A stretch of 64,000 nt of DNA. Origin: an uncultured euryarchaeote (GTDB lineage Archaea > Thermoplasmatota > Poseidoniia > Poseidoniales > Poseidoniaceae). The stretch spans positions 5,272 to 69,271 of the forward strand of contig CALBIL010000039.1 of assembly GCA_937892945.1 (NCBI GenBank), written 5' to 3'. A program made the position numbers and the translations under genes. The notes beneath the pieces are model-generated. The model did no database searches and was not told the DNA's origin. It worked only from the letters and a program-made list of their open reading frames with translations. Positions 41,151 through 50,683 of the stretch are shown one piece after another; positions within the stretch are counted from its first letter, which is position 1, and every line of letters starts with the position of its first letter.

Positions 41151-41234
41151 GGTTGAGGCAAACACTCCCTCTCCTTGAATCTTGACAGGCTCTCACTCAA
41201 CAAAGTTGATGATGGTTCGCCAAAACCCATAGTC

Positions 41235-41777
41235 ATGGACACCTATCGAGCGGCGCTGGAACAATGGTGTGAAAAGGAATGGGGCCAGGCTCCTGAAGCA
41301 ATTTCTGAATGGTGCGCTGATGAAAATATTGCTCAAGTGTTTATGCGCCTCAAACAGAGCGTGCTTATTGCTGACTTTGTCGTCGAAGGCGATGGCTCAC
41401 TCACCTGTAAAGAACATCTCCAAGTACCTCTTGATCGTTGGAACCCAGGCTCAATTCAAGCCATTCGAACAGCGGATGGTCGCGTTCGCTTCCGTCATCG
41501 TAACTTGGAAATCCATCTTGCAGCTCGACTTCGTGCTCCTGAATGGGGGCAAGCCTTGCTCGAAGAATGGCTGATGGGTCAACGCGGAGATGTATTCCGG
41601 CCAAAAGACCGAACACAACGTATTGCATCCATTAACCGCGCTAAAATGAGTATTGAACGAAATTTAAATCATTCGAATCTCGATGCTGTCCGAATGGACT
41701 TTCTCGCAACTACTGCGTCTTTACAATCAGTTGAAGATAAACTGAATTCTCGGATTCGCTCCGATGAATCGGAATAA
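41235..41777 (+). CDS. Hypothetical protein (beta-rich N-terminus, coiled-coil C-terminus)
   Basis: Fills the gap between two genes; promoter-like TTGATG 29 nt before ATG 41235. Confidence 0.7.
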   Translation: MDTYRAALEQWCEKEWGQAPEAISEWCADENIAQVFMRLKQSVLIADFVVEGDGSLTCKEHLQVPLDRWNPGSIQAIRTADGRVRFRHRNLEIHLAARLRAPEWGQALLEEWLMGQRGDVFRPKDRTQRIASINRAKMSIERNLNHSNLDAVRMDFLATTASLQSVEDKLNSRIRSDESE

Positions 41778-41778
41778 A

Positions 41779-42627
41779 TCAATTGAGTTTCACTTTGTAA
41801 CGGTCTCTTCCATTGGCATACATCGTGATCGTTCCCGATGAAGAAACACAAACTGCAATGCCTTCCACTAATTGAGATATAGCACGAGCAGCCAAATGAC
41901 GCCCTCCTTCACCGGCTTTTGGAAGGATGCCTGCAGGAACCTGAATGTACCGTCCCGCATCACTTGCAACACCATCACGATTGAATAAAATCGCTCCATC
42001 AAGCCAAGCAAATTCGGCTAAAGTTTCATGATTTACATCATCTAATACAGTTCGCTTTTCTGGAGGATGCCCTTTGAACGGATTCAACACAAGTGCAGTA
42101 GAATGTTTTCTCAATGCAGGCAGTGGCCCAATGGCAAATAACGCTCCAATGGAATGCCCTTCTCTTCCTCTTGTTCCAATGTGGCGAGCAAGTTCCATTA
42201 CTTTGGTGAGGACTCCTAAATCAATGTGAAAGTCCTGTGCTAAAGATGCAAAACGGTTTGAATTCAAGGTTGAAGTATCGATGACAAAAACCCCATCAAT
42301 CGGCTCAGCTAAAACAACCAACATTCGTTCACCACTGGAAAGTTTCCCCTCACCAATGGCTTGTAATACCAAATCATGCATATGTTTGAGAACGCTTAGG
42401 CCCTGAGAGGTAAGGTTTTCTTCAAGTAAAGAACATTTAATCCCGTTCTCTGTTAATGATTCAACCACACGGTTTTGGCTTGAAAGAACGGTTAATTGAA
42501 GTTCAGGAGGTAACACTTCTGCAACGAGTTTTACCTTTCGTACGCTGTTTGCAAGCATTAAGACCGATTGAAAGGAACGTCTGTCATTCGACAGAGTGCT
42601 TGTGACCATCGCAGCGAGGTCGACCAT
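41779..42627 (-). CDS. dacZ: Diadenylate cyclase (DisA_N/DAC domain, archaeal DacZ-like)
   Basis: GREGHSIGALF, NPFKGH, EFAWLDGA, GGRHLAA..IS, VSSSG. Confidence 0.85.
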   Translation of the reverse strand: MVDLAAMVTSTLSNDRRSFQSVLMLANSVRKVKLVAEVLPPELQLTVLSSQNRVVESLTENGIKCSLLEENLTSQGLSVLKHMHDLVLQAIGEGKLSSGERMLVVLAEPIDGVFVIDTSTLNSNRFASLAQDFHIDLGVLTKVMELARHIGTRGREGHSIGALFAIGPLPALRKHSTALVLNPFKGHPPEKRTVLDDVNHETLAEFAWLDGAILFNRDGVASDAGRYIQVPAGILPKAGEGGRHLAARAISQLVEGIAVCVSSSGTITMYANGRDRYKVKLN

Positions 42628-42637
42628 TTGATGAACC

Positions 42638-43306
42638 TCAAGCGGAAGTCGAATCGATTCCAGGCAATTGGTCTTCAGTTTCTCTGTAAACAGTTCTCAT
42701 GTTCGAAATGAAGTTCTTTTCCTTTACAACAATAGTATATTCTGAAAATCCAGGGTCTTCATCTCCATCAAGCTTACCGAGAATAATTTCCAATGTAAGT
42801 CGAGCGCCTTCACGGTGTGGATATGCGAAAATACCCATGGAAAGAGGTGGGGAGATAATGGATGTGACATTTTTCATTTCAGCGAGGGTGGCGAAGAGAT
42901 TGTCATAGGTCTCAGGGAGTAACTCTCGGCGAGCCTCATCTTGCTTTGGACGGCGGCAATCAGGGCCAACAACATGGATGATGTGCTTGTAATTCGCTGC
43001 AAGTTCAAACGGTTCAGTAACGACATTCTTGGTAACTGCACATGGTGGTGCGTTGATTTTTCGCATTTCAAGACAAATATTCCGAGTCACTTGCGTGAGT
43101 TCAGGGCCGGCTTTGCCATGGATGAGAGCATCCAAACCTTCACGGCCAGAGAGTCGGTTGTTCGCAGGTGTGATTAAGACATCACCGCTATGATTCCATA
43201 CATCGCCACCGACGACTCGAAGAATACCCCACTTGCATGTTCGTGCCATATAGAGTTCGGCCATCAACCATCGAAGAGGGGCCACCTTACTTATCAAGTT
43301 CGCCAT
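42638..43306 (-). CDS. Macrodomain protein (ADP-ribose binding/hydrolase fold)
   Basis: GDV..DVLITPAN..L, IHGKAGPEL, IIHVVGP, SMGIFAYP; true start probably 43264 or 43249. Confidence 0.87.
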   Translation of the reverse strand: MANLISKVAPLRWLMAELYMARTCKWGILRVVGGDVWNHSGDVLITPANNRLSGREGLDALIHGKAGPELTQVTRNICLEMRKINAPPCAVTKNVVTEPFELAANYKHIIHVVGPDCRRPKQDEARRELLPETYDNLFATLAEMKNVTSIISPPLSMGIFAYPHREGARLTLEIILGKLDGDEDPGFSEYTIVVKEKNFISNMRTVYRETEDQLPGIDSTSA

Positions 43307-43424
43307 TTCGGGATGAAAATGCCTTCAAATCGAGAATTTAGAACTTCATCTTTCAAGGCCGAGAGCCATCTACGCTTCACTTCATGGCGGTATTGCTAAA
43401 CCCTATTGGTTTTAGCAGAAATAC

Positions 43425-46400
43425 ATGGACAGGATGAGGTCGAGTCTTCTTTTGACTCTTCTTTTTGTTTTGAGTAGTCTTGCCACCCCGGTTCTTGAGG
43501 GTCACTCAGAACCTTCTTCCGGCCATAGTTTGATTGAACAAGCAGCGCTGAGTGAACTCTTTGTTGGCTTTTCGGGTCAAGAAGGAGCTGACTTTTGGAA
43601 TCAAACACCATGGTCCACTATCGCACAACCAGAAGGTTTTGATTTTCTTACCGTATACGATTATTCAGATGTTGGCGTACTTATCAACAATAATTCTGAA
43701 GCGAGTAAAACTATCGGCTGGGCTTTTGTTAATGCACGAAATATTTCGAATGAAAACATCTTCTTTTTCAATGATTCAAATACGCCGACCAAAGAAACCA
43801 TCAATCGAAATGAATTTAATCTCTATTTTGCTGCTCCATTCTTAGAAATGCTCTCAAATCGTTCTTCGAGTACTGAATTGAATTATTTGGTTTCAACCAA
43901 GGGCATCCCTCTTCGCGTGAATGGAGGGAACGATAAAGTCAGTTTTGATCAAGAGTTTTCTTTGCTCGGTGGCATTTACAATTCAAGCATAGGTTCGGAT
44001 TATTGGGTTAACCACGGATATGGCCCCCTTGCTGGTAGCGGGATGAAAACCTTTTCACGAGATGCCTATGGTTTCTTCCTCGTCACCCGATTGACGGGAT
44101 ATACGGTTGAAACAGCACTTGGATTAATTGAAAAAGCAAACAACAGCCTTGGACAACGTGGTATTTTTGCTTTAGATTTAGCAACGAACCGCAACGGTTC
44201 AGGATACAAATTTTGGAACGATGATCTCTATACTGCCGAAGCTGAACTCAATGGGAGTAGGGGCCTGCCAACCATTTTTGATGAAACTTCGGAATTCTTA
44301 ACAAATCTTTCGAACGTGATGGGTTATGCATCATGGGGTTCAAATGATGGTAGTTGGAATTATAATTGGCTTCCAAATGCTGGATTCAATACACAAGATG
44401 CCTCGTATTCAAGTGGAGCACGATATTGGAATACGACCTTGCCGAATCTTTCATCAGGTGATTCGTTTAACTGGACTACACAAACCGATGTGAAACGCGA
44501 CGGAGCATCTGCGATTGAAGCATCGTTATCTGCTGTTTGTACTCAAGAAACCGGAAATGGAGCCCAAGGAATACTGGCAGAATTCTTCGATAATGCCGGA
44601 ATAAGTTTCAATGCAGCTTCAATGCCGACCCTTATCGACAGAGTTCCCGACCATGTTCGCCTTGAGAGTTCACTTCAGAATGCAGCCTCCTCACAGGCCT
44701 ATCCCGGATTAGATGACCGATTCAAAAACGATTGGGGTGCTCGGTTTAGTGGTTTAATTGATGTACCGGAAACAGGGAATTGGACTTTTTACCTCACATC
44801 AGATGATGGTTCGGAATTATGGATCGATGGGCAAAGCCTGGTGACCAACTATGGCTCACACGGAATGACTGAACGTTCTCAATCTGCTCAACTTGATACT
44901 GGGAAGTATGATTTTAAAATAGAATTCTTCCAGGGTGGCGGGCCACATGGATTACAACTTTCATGGTCAGGACCAAACCAAAGTAAGTCGTTGGTGCCTC
45001 CTTCCGCCTTTTCACTTGCCGACACTTATATTCCATCTCAAAGTAGTTTGATTCATCACTGGGATTTTGAAGAAAATTCAGGCTCGATTGCTCATGATTC
45101 TGTGAATTCAAGTACGAATTTTACACTTATGAACATGAATTCGACCAATTGGCGTACCTGTGTTGATGGCTCATGCCTATGGTATGACGGTGTGGATGAT
45201 TCGTTAGAAGTCGATGTTGACGATTGGGCTGGGAACTTTACTGTGAGTCAATGGGTTTGGGCCAATTCTACCACCTTACCCACTTACGCATCGGTTTTCG
45301 CAGTAGATAATAATGCAGGTTCAAACAACTCGTTCCAACATGCGATGATCAGTGGTGAATGGCGTTTATACAATAACCAATCCTATGTCTTTGGCGATAT
45401 TGAGGCTCAAGAGTGGACGCATCTCGTGTCTGTCTTTGATAACGGGTCATTACGGCAATACTTCGATGGGGTCTTGGTTCGAACAACGGCCTTCAATGCC
45501 GGCTCGTTGAATAACTTTGAGATCTATAAATTAGGTGTCAATCGTGGTGGAAATGCATATTTCCAAGGTATGATTGACAATGTTATGATTTGGAATACCT
45601 CCTTACAAGACCATGAAATCACCACTTTGCATCGAGACATTTACAAAGATTGTTCAGCGTATTCAGGTAATGGACAGGCAGCAGCATCGATTGAACAAGT
45701 ATATCAATTCCCTGAAGAATTAGAAGACCACGCTTGGATCATTTATCTGTACGGGCAACGCACTGGTGACGTCTATGGTGATTTTACAATAGAAATCGAA
45801 GGTCTTGATGAGAATGGAACACTTCTTTCGACCAATCAATCGAGCAGCAAGAGTTTCGCTACTACATGGGAGTCTCAAACCTTACGTTTCCGGCCCCACA
45901 GTAATGCAACCTCATTCCGAATACGAATTCCATTGGATATTGTAGCGACTTCAACTGACGGTTCAATTTATCTTGATACAATGAACTTACGGGCCATTCG
46001 ACCACATAACACATGGGTAGACGGTTCGATTGCAGAAACCGCTGTTTCGACCGGTGGGCGTTCGTTCAATTGGAATACTGGATATGGACAATCCTTGGTT
46101 GCGGACCTGCTTGAAGACGGCGTATCAGGTGTGAAGGGTTACGTTTACGAACCATACCTCACAGCCGTTGGCTCGCCAAGTACCCTGTTGAGTATGTATG
46201 CATCAGGTTATAATTTGGCAGAATCACATGCAGCCGCCAATCTACAAACCAGTTGGATGGGGGTTACAGTTGGAGATCCCAAAATGGCGCCGTATGCTGA
46301 TCTTTATCATGATATCAACCTCATAGGCATCCGACAAATTGGCAATGCCTCCTCTATGCAACCGGCCCAGTTTCAACTTGCTGTCGAGAATCGAGGGATG

Positions 46401-48674
46401 TCTTCTTCAAACGGTACTCTCTTGGTGCATGATATCCAAGGCAATATCGAAATGTACAGTTCAAACCTTTCACTACCAAGTGGTGAAGTCAATGGTTCAA
46501 GAATCTTCTACAACCTCAGTATTACGCCCGTGAAAACAGGTTGGATGGATTTACGTATCCGATATTCAAACGCAAGTATCGACTCACCAGAACGAAATTT
46601 AGACAATAACCTTCTGACGTTACGGATTTGGGTAAATGCAGCCCCTACAGTGGATGCCATTTACTGTGACGCTGAAATCTATTCGCGCGGTGACAACTTC
46701 ATTTGCACTATTGAAGCCAGTGACGATGAGAATGTTACATCAGTTGAAGTTGAATGGGCGATTGCACAGAATCTTTCTAACCTTTCTGGTTTGAATTGGG
46801 TGGCTGATTCTGCCAGTCGCGTTGATTCTCTCCGTTGGCAAGTTTCGATTTCTTTACCGACTGCTATGCCTCTGGGACATTTCGTATTACAAGCAACTGC
46901 ATACGATGAAAAGCAACAGATAGGATATTTAGTTGAAACCAATATTGCATCCATTATCGATGCACCAGCGCAATGGTTTGGGCCACATTTTTCTGGAATT
47001 GATTCATCTTCTTGGTCAGGTGCGAATCAGCTCATATCCCATCCAACACAAGGTTTGTTCCGAGGTGAACCCTCTAATTTTACGATGTGTGTTTTAGATA
47101 ACGATCATGACATCTTGAATCAGCAACCGATATTAACTGCTTCGAAAGGGCAAATTTCCAATCTTAGTTATGAGCCTCGATTTGATTTAAACCACCATTG
47201 CTACATTGGTTACTATACGCGAAATGTCAGTGAACCACTTGATGATATCCTTTTTGAAATTCGAGATGGCGACGGGACTTTACTTACTTCTCGAGTTCTT
47301 TCAATGGATGACCATTCACCTCTTGCAGTTATTGAAATTGTAGATGGATACGGGAATGTCCTTGATAGTGTTCGAGGTGGGGGCAATGAGTTTGCCAGGA
47401 TTACGATTACTGATATGGATGATCCTTCAAGTTCTGCAACTGGTGATTTACTCGTGCAATGGCCTGGCGCCGATTCTTTGACAATTCCTGTAGATGTGGC
47501 AGACATCCATTCTTCAATGCTGATTGAATTGCCTCAAATATCGTCGGCCTTGGAAAGCGGAGAACTTGAACTCCAATTGGATATGACTGGCCGACATGCT
47601 GCAGTTTTCAGTAAACAGTATCATTTACCTATGCTTTTGACTACACCGGTGATCGTTTCATCGCATATTTGCGATGAACAAGGCTCTCTTGAATCCTTAC
47701 GTTTTGGAAACACTGGGTACTTAGTGGTGCGAATTCAGAGCGAACGACCTCTGCAATCGATGCAGACAACATTGAATCAGTTTGGTTGGACTGTATTGGC
47801 TCCTTCACTTGGAGAAATAGAACCTTCAAACCCGATGTTCCAAAATTGCTCATCATCAGTACAACCTTTAGGAATACATGAACAACTTCATCAATTCCGT
47901 TTGCGATTAGATGGGACTTTCAATGATGGCGAAGGGCAAATATCGTTTACTGTTCGGGATGTTGATGGATTATCCAAATCATTAGATATTTCTCTTGATT
48001 TTTATCATGCATCACCTCAAACAAAACTCGAACCGAATCAAAACATGACTGCAGGAGATTTGTTATCGTTTACTGGAATGGTCTCCGATGCCGATGGAAT
48101 TGATGATGTTACATGTTCCGCCATCATTTCAAACAATCAATCACAATTGGCTCAATTACAAGTCATCCTTCAACCAAGTAATCTTACATCAGCGGTGTTG
48201 GAGTTTCAGTACCCTACAACAGGGGCATTGAGTAATGCAACCTTAGAGGTCGAAGTGATATGCATTGATTCATGGTCGCAATCAAATAGCTCACTCCTTC
48301 GATTTACTCTACTTCCTGAGCCCGTTTGTGACTCATGTCAACAAACAGATGCCGAGGATGAACTTGTTGAAGTGGCATCTTTCCCACTTGTTCCATGGAT
48401 TCTTGGAATTGTACTCTTTCTTGTCATACTTGTATTTAGTTTGTCGATGAGGACGCCGAAAGAGGAAGAAACTTCACAATGGAGTTCAGACCTTAACACA
48501 GAAGAGGATTTCATTTCAGATGAATTAGATAAACCTCTCTCGAAACTAAAAATACCATCTGGTTGGTCTCCTGAACAATATCGTATTTGGCTCGAAGGTG
48601 AAATGCCTGAGGGGTGGACACCAGAGCAATGGGTCGAATTTTCCAATGAACAAATCGAGTTACTTCCGATTTAA
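43425..48674 (+). CDS. TIGR03790-family giant surface protein with inserted PA14 and LamG domains and a C-terminal TM
   Basis: KGIPL, SFDQE, LVTRLTG, SWGSND ... IAETAVST, GQSLVADL..GVSGVKGYVYEP, VGDP; PA14 (FYLTSDDGSELWIDG); LamG (WTHLV..YFDG..FQGMIDNVMIWN). Confidence 0.82.
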   Translation: MDRMRSSLLLTLLFVLSSLATPVLEGHSEPSSGHSLIEQAALSELFVGFSGQEGADFWNQTPWSTIAQPEGFDFLTVYDYSDVGVLINNNSEASKTIGWAFVNARNISNENIFFFNDSNTPTKETINRNEFNLYFAAPFLEMLSNRSSSTELNYLVSTKGIPLRVNGGNDKVSFDQEFSLLGGIYNSSIGSDYWVNHGYGPLAGSGMKTFSRDAYGFFLVTRLTGYTVETALGLIEKANNSLGQRGIFALDLATNRNGSGYKFWNDDLYTAEAELNGSRGLPTIFDETSEFLTNLSNVMGYASWGSNDGSWNYNWLPNAGFNTQDASYSSGARYWNTTLPNLSSGDSFNWTTQTDVKRDGASAIEASLSAVCTQETGNGAQGILAEFFDNAGISFNAASMPTLIDRVPDHVRLESSLQNAASSQAYPGLDDRFKNDWGARFSGLIDVPETGNWTFYLTSDDGSELWIDGQSLVTNYGSHGMTERSQSAQLDTGKYDFKIEFFQGGGPHGLQLSWSGPNQSKSLVPPSAFSLADTYIPSQSSLIHHWDFEENSGSIAHDSVNSSTNFTLMNMNSTNWRTCVDGSCLWYDGVDDSLEVDVDDWAGNFTVSQWVWANSTTLPTYASVFAVDNNAGSNNSFQHAMISGEWRLYNNQSYVFGDIEAQEWTHLVSVFDNGSLRQYFDGVLVRTTAFNAGSLNNFEIYKLGVNRGGNAYFQGMIDNVMIWNTSLQDHEITTLHRDIYKDCSAYSGNGQAAASIEQVYQFPEELEDHAWIIYLYGQRTGDVYGDFTIEIEGLDENGTLLSTNQSSSKSFATTWESQTLRFRPHSNATSFRIRIPLDIVATSTDGSIYLDTMNLRAIRPHNTWVDGSIAETAVSTGGRSFNWNTGYGQSLVADLLEDGVSGVKGYVYEPYLTAVGSPSTLLSMYASGYNLAESHAAANLQTSWMGVTVGDPKMAPYADLYHDINLIGIRQIGNASSMQPAQFQLAVENRGMSSSNGTLLVHDIQGNIEMYSSNLSLPSGEVNGSRIFYNLSITPVKTGWMDLRIRYSNASIDSPERNLDNNLLTLRIWVNAAPTVDAIYCDAEIYSRGDNFICTIEASDDENVTSVEVEWAIAQNLSNLSGLNWVADSASRVDSLRWQVSISLPTAMPLGHFVLQATAYDEKQQIGYLVETNIASIIDAPAQWFGPHFSGIDSSSWSGANQLISHPTQGLFRGEPSNFTMCVLDNDHDILNQQPILTASKGQISNLSYEPRFDLNHHCYIGYYTRNVSEPLDDILFEIRDGDGTLLTSRVLSMDDHSPLAVIEIVDGYGNVLDSVRGGGNEFARITITDMDDPSSSATGDLLVQWPGADSLTIPVDVADIHSSMLIELPQISSALESGELELQLDMTGRHAAVFSKQYHLPMLLTTPVIVSSHICDEQGSLESLRFGNTGYLVVRIQSERPLQSMQTTLNQFGWTVLAPSLGEIEPSNPMFQNCSSSVQPLGIHEQLHQFRLRLDGTFNDGEGQISFTVRDVDGLSKSLDISLDFYHASPQTKLEPNQNMTAGDLLSFTGMVSDADGIDDVTCSAIISNNQSQLAQLQVILQPSNLTSAVLEFQYPTTGALSNATLEVEVICIDSWSQSNSSLLRFTLLPEPVCDSCQQTDAEDELVEVASFPLVPWILGIVLFLVILVFSLSMRTPKEEETSQWSSDLNTEEDFISDELDKPLSKLKIPSGWSPEQYRIWLEGEMPEGWTPEQWVEFSNEQIELLPI

Positions 48675-48720
48675 GATTTCCAAAAGAGAAGGGTTGATGT
48701 GCTTTGAGCACTTGGTTCGT

Positions 48721-48963
48721 ATGAGTGCTATGGCAGTTGGATATGTTTTGATTAATGTTGCACCTGGTAAGGAGCATGAAGTGTACCTCGCTGTCAAAGA
48801 TATGCCCTTTGTAGATGATGCTACACTTCTTTTTGGCGATCACGACCTCATTGTAAAATTGGTTGCAGATAGCCTTACCATCATTGCACAATCTGTTGTT
48901 GAATCAATACGTCAAATTCCTGGAATCATCGATACAAAGACACTCGCTGGTGCCGAGTTGTAA
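48721..48963 (+). CDS. Stand-alone Lrp/AsnC ligand-binding (RAM) domain protein
   Basis: GYVLINV.PG.E, LFGDHDLIVK, IRQIPGIIDTKT; no HTH. Confidence 0.85.
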   Translation: MSAMAVGYVLINVAPGKEHEVYLAVKDMPFVDDATLLFGDHDLIVKLVADSLTIIAQSVVESIRQIPGIIDTKTLAGAEL

Positions 48964-49139
48964 GCATACCCTTTTTGGCAACACGTATCTGAAGATTTCT
49001 AATCGGGGTGCTGAGGCTTGAACCTCAAAAAAGGGTTTTGGAAAGGGGCACTGCGGGGCCTATAGGGCGCAGTAAGGCGTTTAAGCGGAGCAAATACTAT
49101 ATACTTGGCGGGGATGTCAAGTATCGGAGGTAATCCAAA

Positions 49140-49403
49140 ATGTCTGATAAAAAATACTTTGTTCTCATGGAGAACGGAAAAGATACGAGCCAGGTTTTTG
49201 CTAGCAAACAACCCCGTGGTGCGGCCCTCAAGGCAGCAACCCGCGGACATACGAACATACGCCTACGAGAGCGTGGCACCAAGCGTGTCCACGTCTTTAG
49301 TGGTAGCATTAGCATGGTTCCAAAGCCAGCCAATGGACCAGCTTGGCTTCCTGACAAGATCAAGAAGGCAAACGTCAAGAAGTCCGGAATCGAACACCTT
49401 TGA
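49140..49403 (+). CDS. Non-histone chromosomal protein MC1
   Basis: KQPRGAALKAA, IRLRERGTKRVHVF, PAWLP..I.K..VKK; TATA-like TACTATATA and SD GGAGGT upstream. Confidence 0.92.
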   Translation: MSDKKYFVLMENGKDTSQVFASKQPRGAALKAATRGHTNIRLRERGTKRVHVFSGSISMVPKPANGPAWLPDKIKKANVKKSGIEHL

Positions 49404-49428
49404 TTTCAAAACAACTTGATTGTCCGTT

Positions 49429-49503
49429 TTTTCAAATTTGAAAATTCAAATTTGTTCCCGCAAGGGTCACCGCTTCATTTCCCTCTTCGGAGGGATTTGA
49501 AGC
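49429..49503 (+). other. Structured 3' element (terminator or 3'UTR/sRNA) between convergent MC1 and DoxX genes
   Basis: Palindrome TTTTCAAATTTGAAAA; CCC-GCAA-GGG; GCTTCA-TT-TCCCTC-TTCG-GAGGGA-TT-TGAAGC. Confidence 0.7.
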
Positions 49504-49504
49504 C

Positions 49505-49906
49505 TCACATTCCTTTCTTTACTGGCCATTCTGCAATCCAGAACGCAAGCCATATCATTACGAGTTGAGTTAAAGCACGAAGAATGTGCCCTGACGTACT
49601 AAAATTGGTATCGCCAATAGAGATGTCATGAATCCACATGTTCAAATTCGCCCAGTAGACCAGCACAAGAAAAATTGCTGTAGAGAAAGCAGATCTTCTT
49701 CTTGAAACCGGCGCCACCATACCAATTCCTAGAATCACTTCAACAAGTCCACTGACATATACCCAAAACTCTGGTACACCAAGGAGTTCTGGCACGATTG
49801 GAGTAAAAAAAGCAGTGTTGGTGAAATGTTGAATACCCACCCAAATGAAAGAAACCCCAAAACCTATTGCCAATATTTGGCGTAATTTTCCCATTGCCAA
49901 CGGCAA
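49505..49906 (-). CDS. DoxX-like membrane protein
   Basis: GIQHF..FFTPIVP, YVSGLVEVILG, WANLNM, R...Q. Confidence 0.8.
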   Translation of the reverse strand: MPLAMGKLRQILAIGFGVSFIWVGIQHFTNTAFFTPIVPELLGVPEFWVYVSGLVEVILGIGMVAPVSRRRSAFSTAIFLVLVYWANLNMWIHDISIGDTNFSTSGHILRALTQLVMIWLAFWIAEWPVKKGM

Positions 49907-49915
49907 AAAATCCCC

Positions 49916-50683
49916 TCAGTAACGGACTTTTTGTCGAGTGAGTGTTCGCCAAATTCGCTGCAGTGGGTCATAGTAACGGTCAACAACTCGCTCTTTTAAT
50001 TGGATAATAGCATCGTCGGTAATTTGGATCCCAGCAGGACAAACCTCAGTGCAACATCGAGTGATGTTACAATATTCAATTCCAAAATCTTTCTTAATCT
50101 CTGGAATTCGATCCTCAGTATCCATTGGGTGCATTTCGTATTGAGCGAGACGAACTAAATTCCGAGGCCCGGCAAATTCGTTGAATAAAGCATGGTCTCG
50201 AAGAACGTGACATGTATTCACACACAGGAAGCATTCGATGCATTCGCGGAATTGTTGAACTCTGTCAGCTTCCATTTGATTGAATTCCCAATTCATTTCT
50301 TCAGGGCCTTTAATCGGTTTAATTTTTTGAGCCATCTCGTAATTCCAAGATACATCGGTAACGAGATCTTTGACGTGTGGAAACGCCTTCATTGGACGGA
50401 TTTCAATGGCTTGACCTTCGGGAGTTTCTGCGACAACATCGCTCATACGTGTCATACACATCAAACGTGGTCGGCCGTTAATTTCGGCAGAACACGAACC
50501 ACATTTTCCTGCTTTACAATTCCACCGAACAGCCAAATCTGGTTGCTGTTCATGTTGAATACGATGGACACAATCGAGAACAACCATGCCTTCATCCAGT
50601 TCGATGCTGAATTCTTCAAGAGCAGCCTCGTCACCTTCACCGCGAAGTATTTTGAAATCTTGTGTCTTACCTTTGAGTGACAT
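49916..50683 (-). CDS. sdhB: Succinate dehydrogenase Fe-S subunit (Sdh1-like)
   Basis: RWNCKAGKCGSC, CIECFLCVNTC, CNITRCCTEVCP. Confidence 0.95.
   Translation of the reverse strand: MSLKGKTQDFKILRGEGDEAALEEFSIELDEGMVVLDCVHRIQHEQQPDLAVRWNCKAGKCGSCSAEINGRPRLMCMTRMSDVVAETPEGQAIEIRPMKAFPHVKDLVTDVSWNYEMAQKIKPIKGPEEMNWEFNQMEADRVQQFRECIECFLCVNTCHVLRDHALFNEFAGPRNLVRLAQYEMHPMDTEDRIPEIKKDFGIEYCNITRCCTEVCPAGIQITDDAIIQLKERVVDRYYDPLQRIWRTLTRQKVRY

Noticed and set aside
49097..49419. Alternative-frame ORFs over MC1
   Set aside because: Only 49140-49403 has family motifs and an SD
49401..49503. SECIS or UGA readthrough after MC1, given a SelB-like gene nearby
   Set aside because: MC1 ends at its expected length, the stem lacks the archaeal GAA/A SECIS motif, and aSelBL is not canonical SelB
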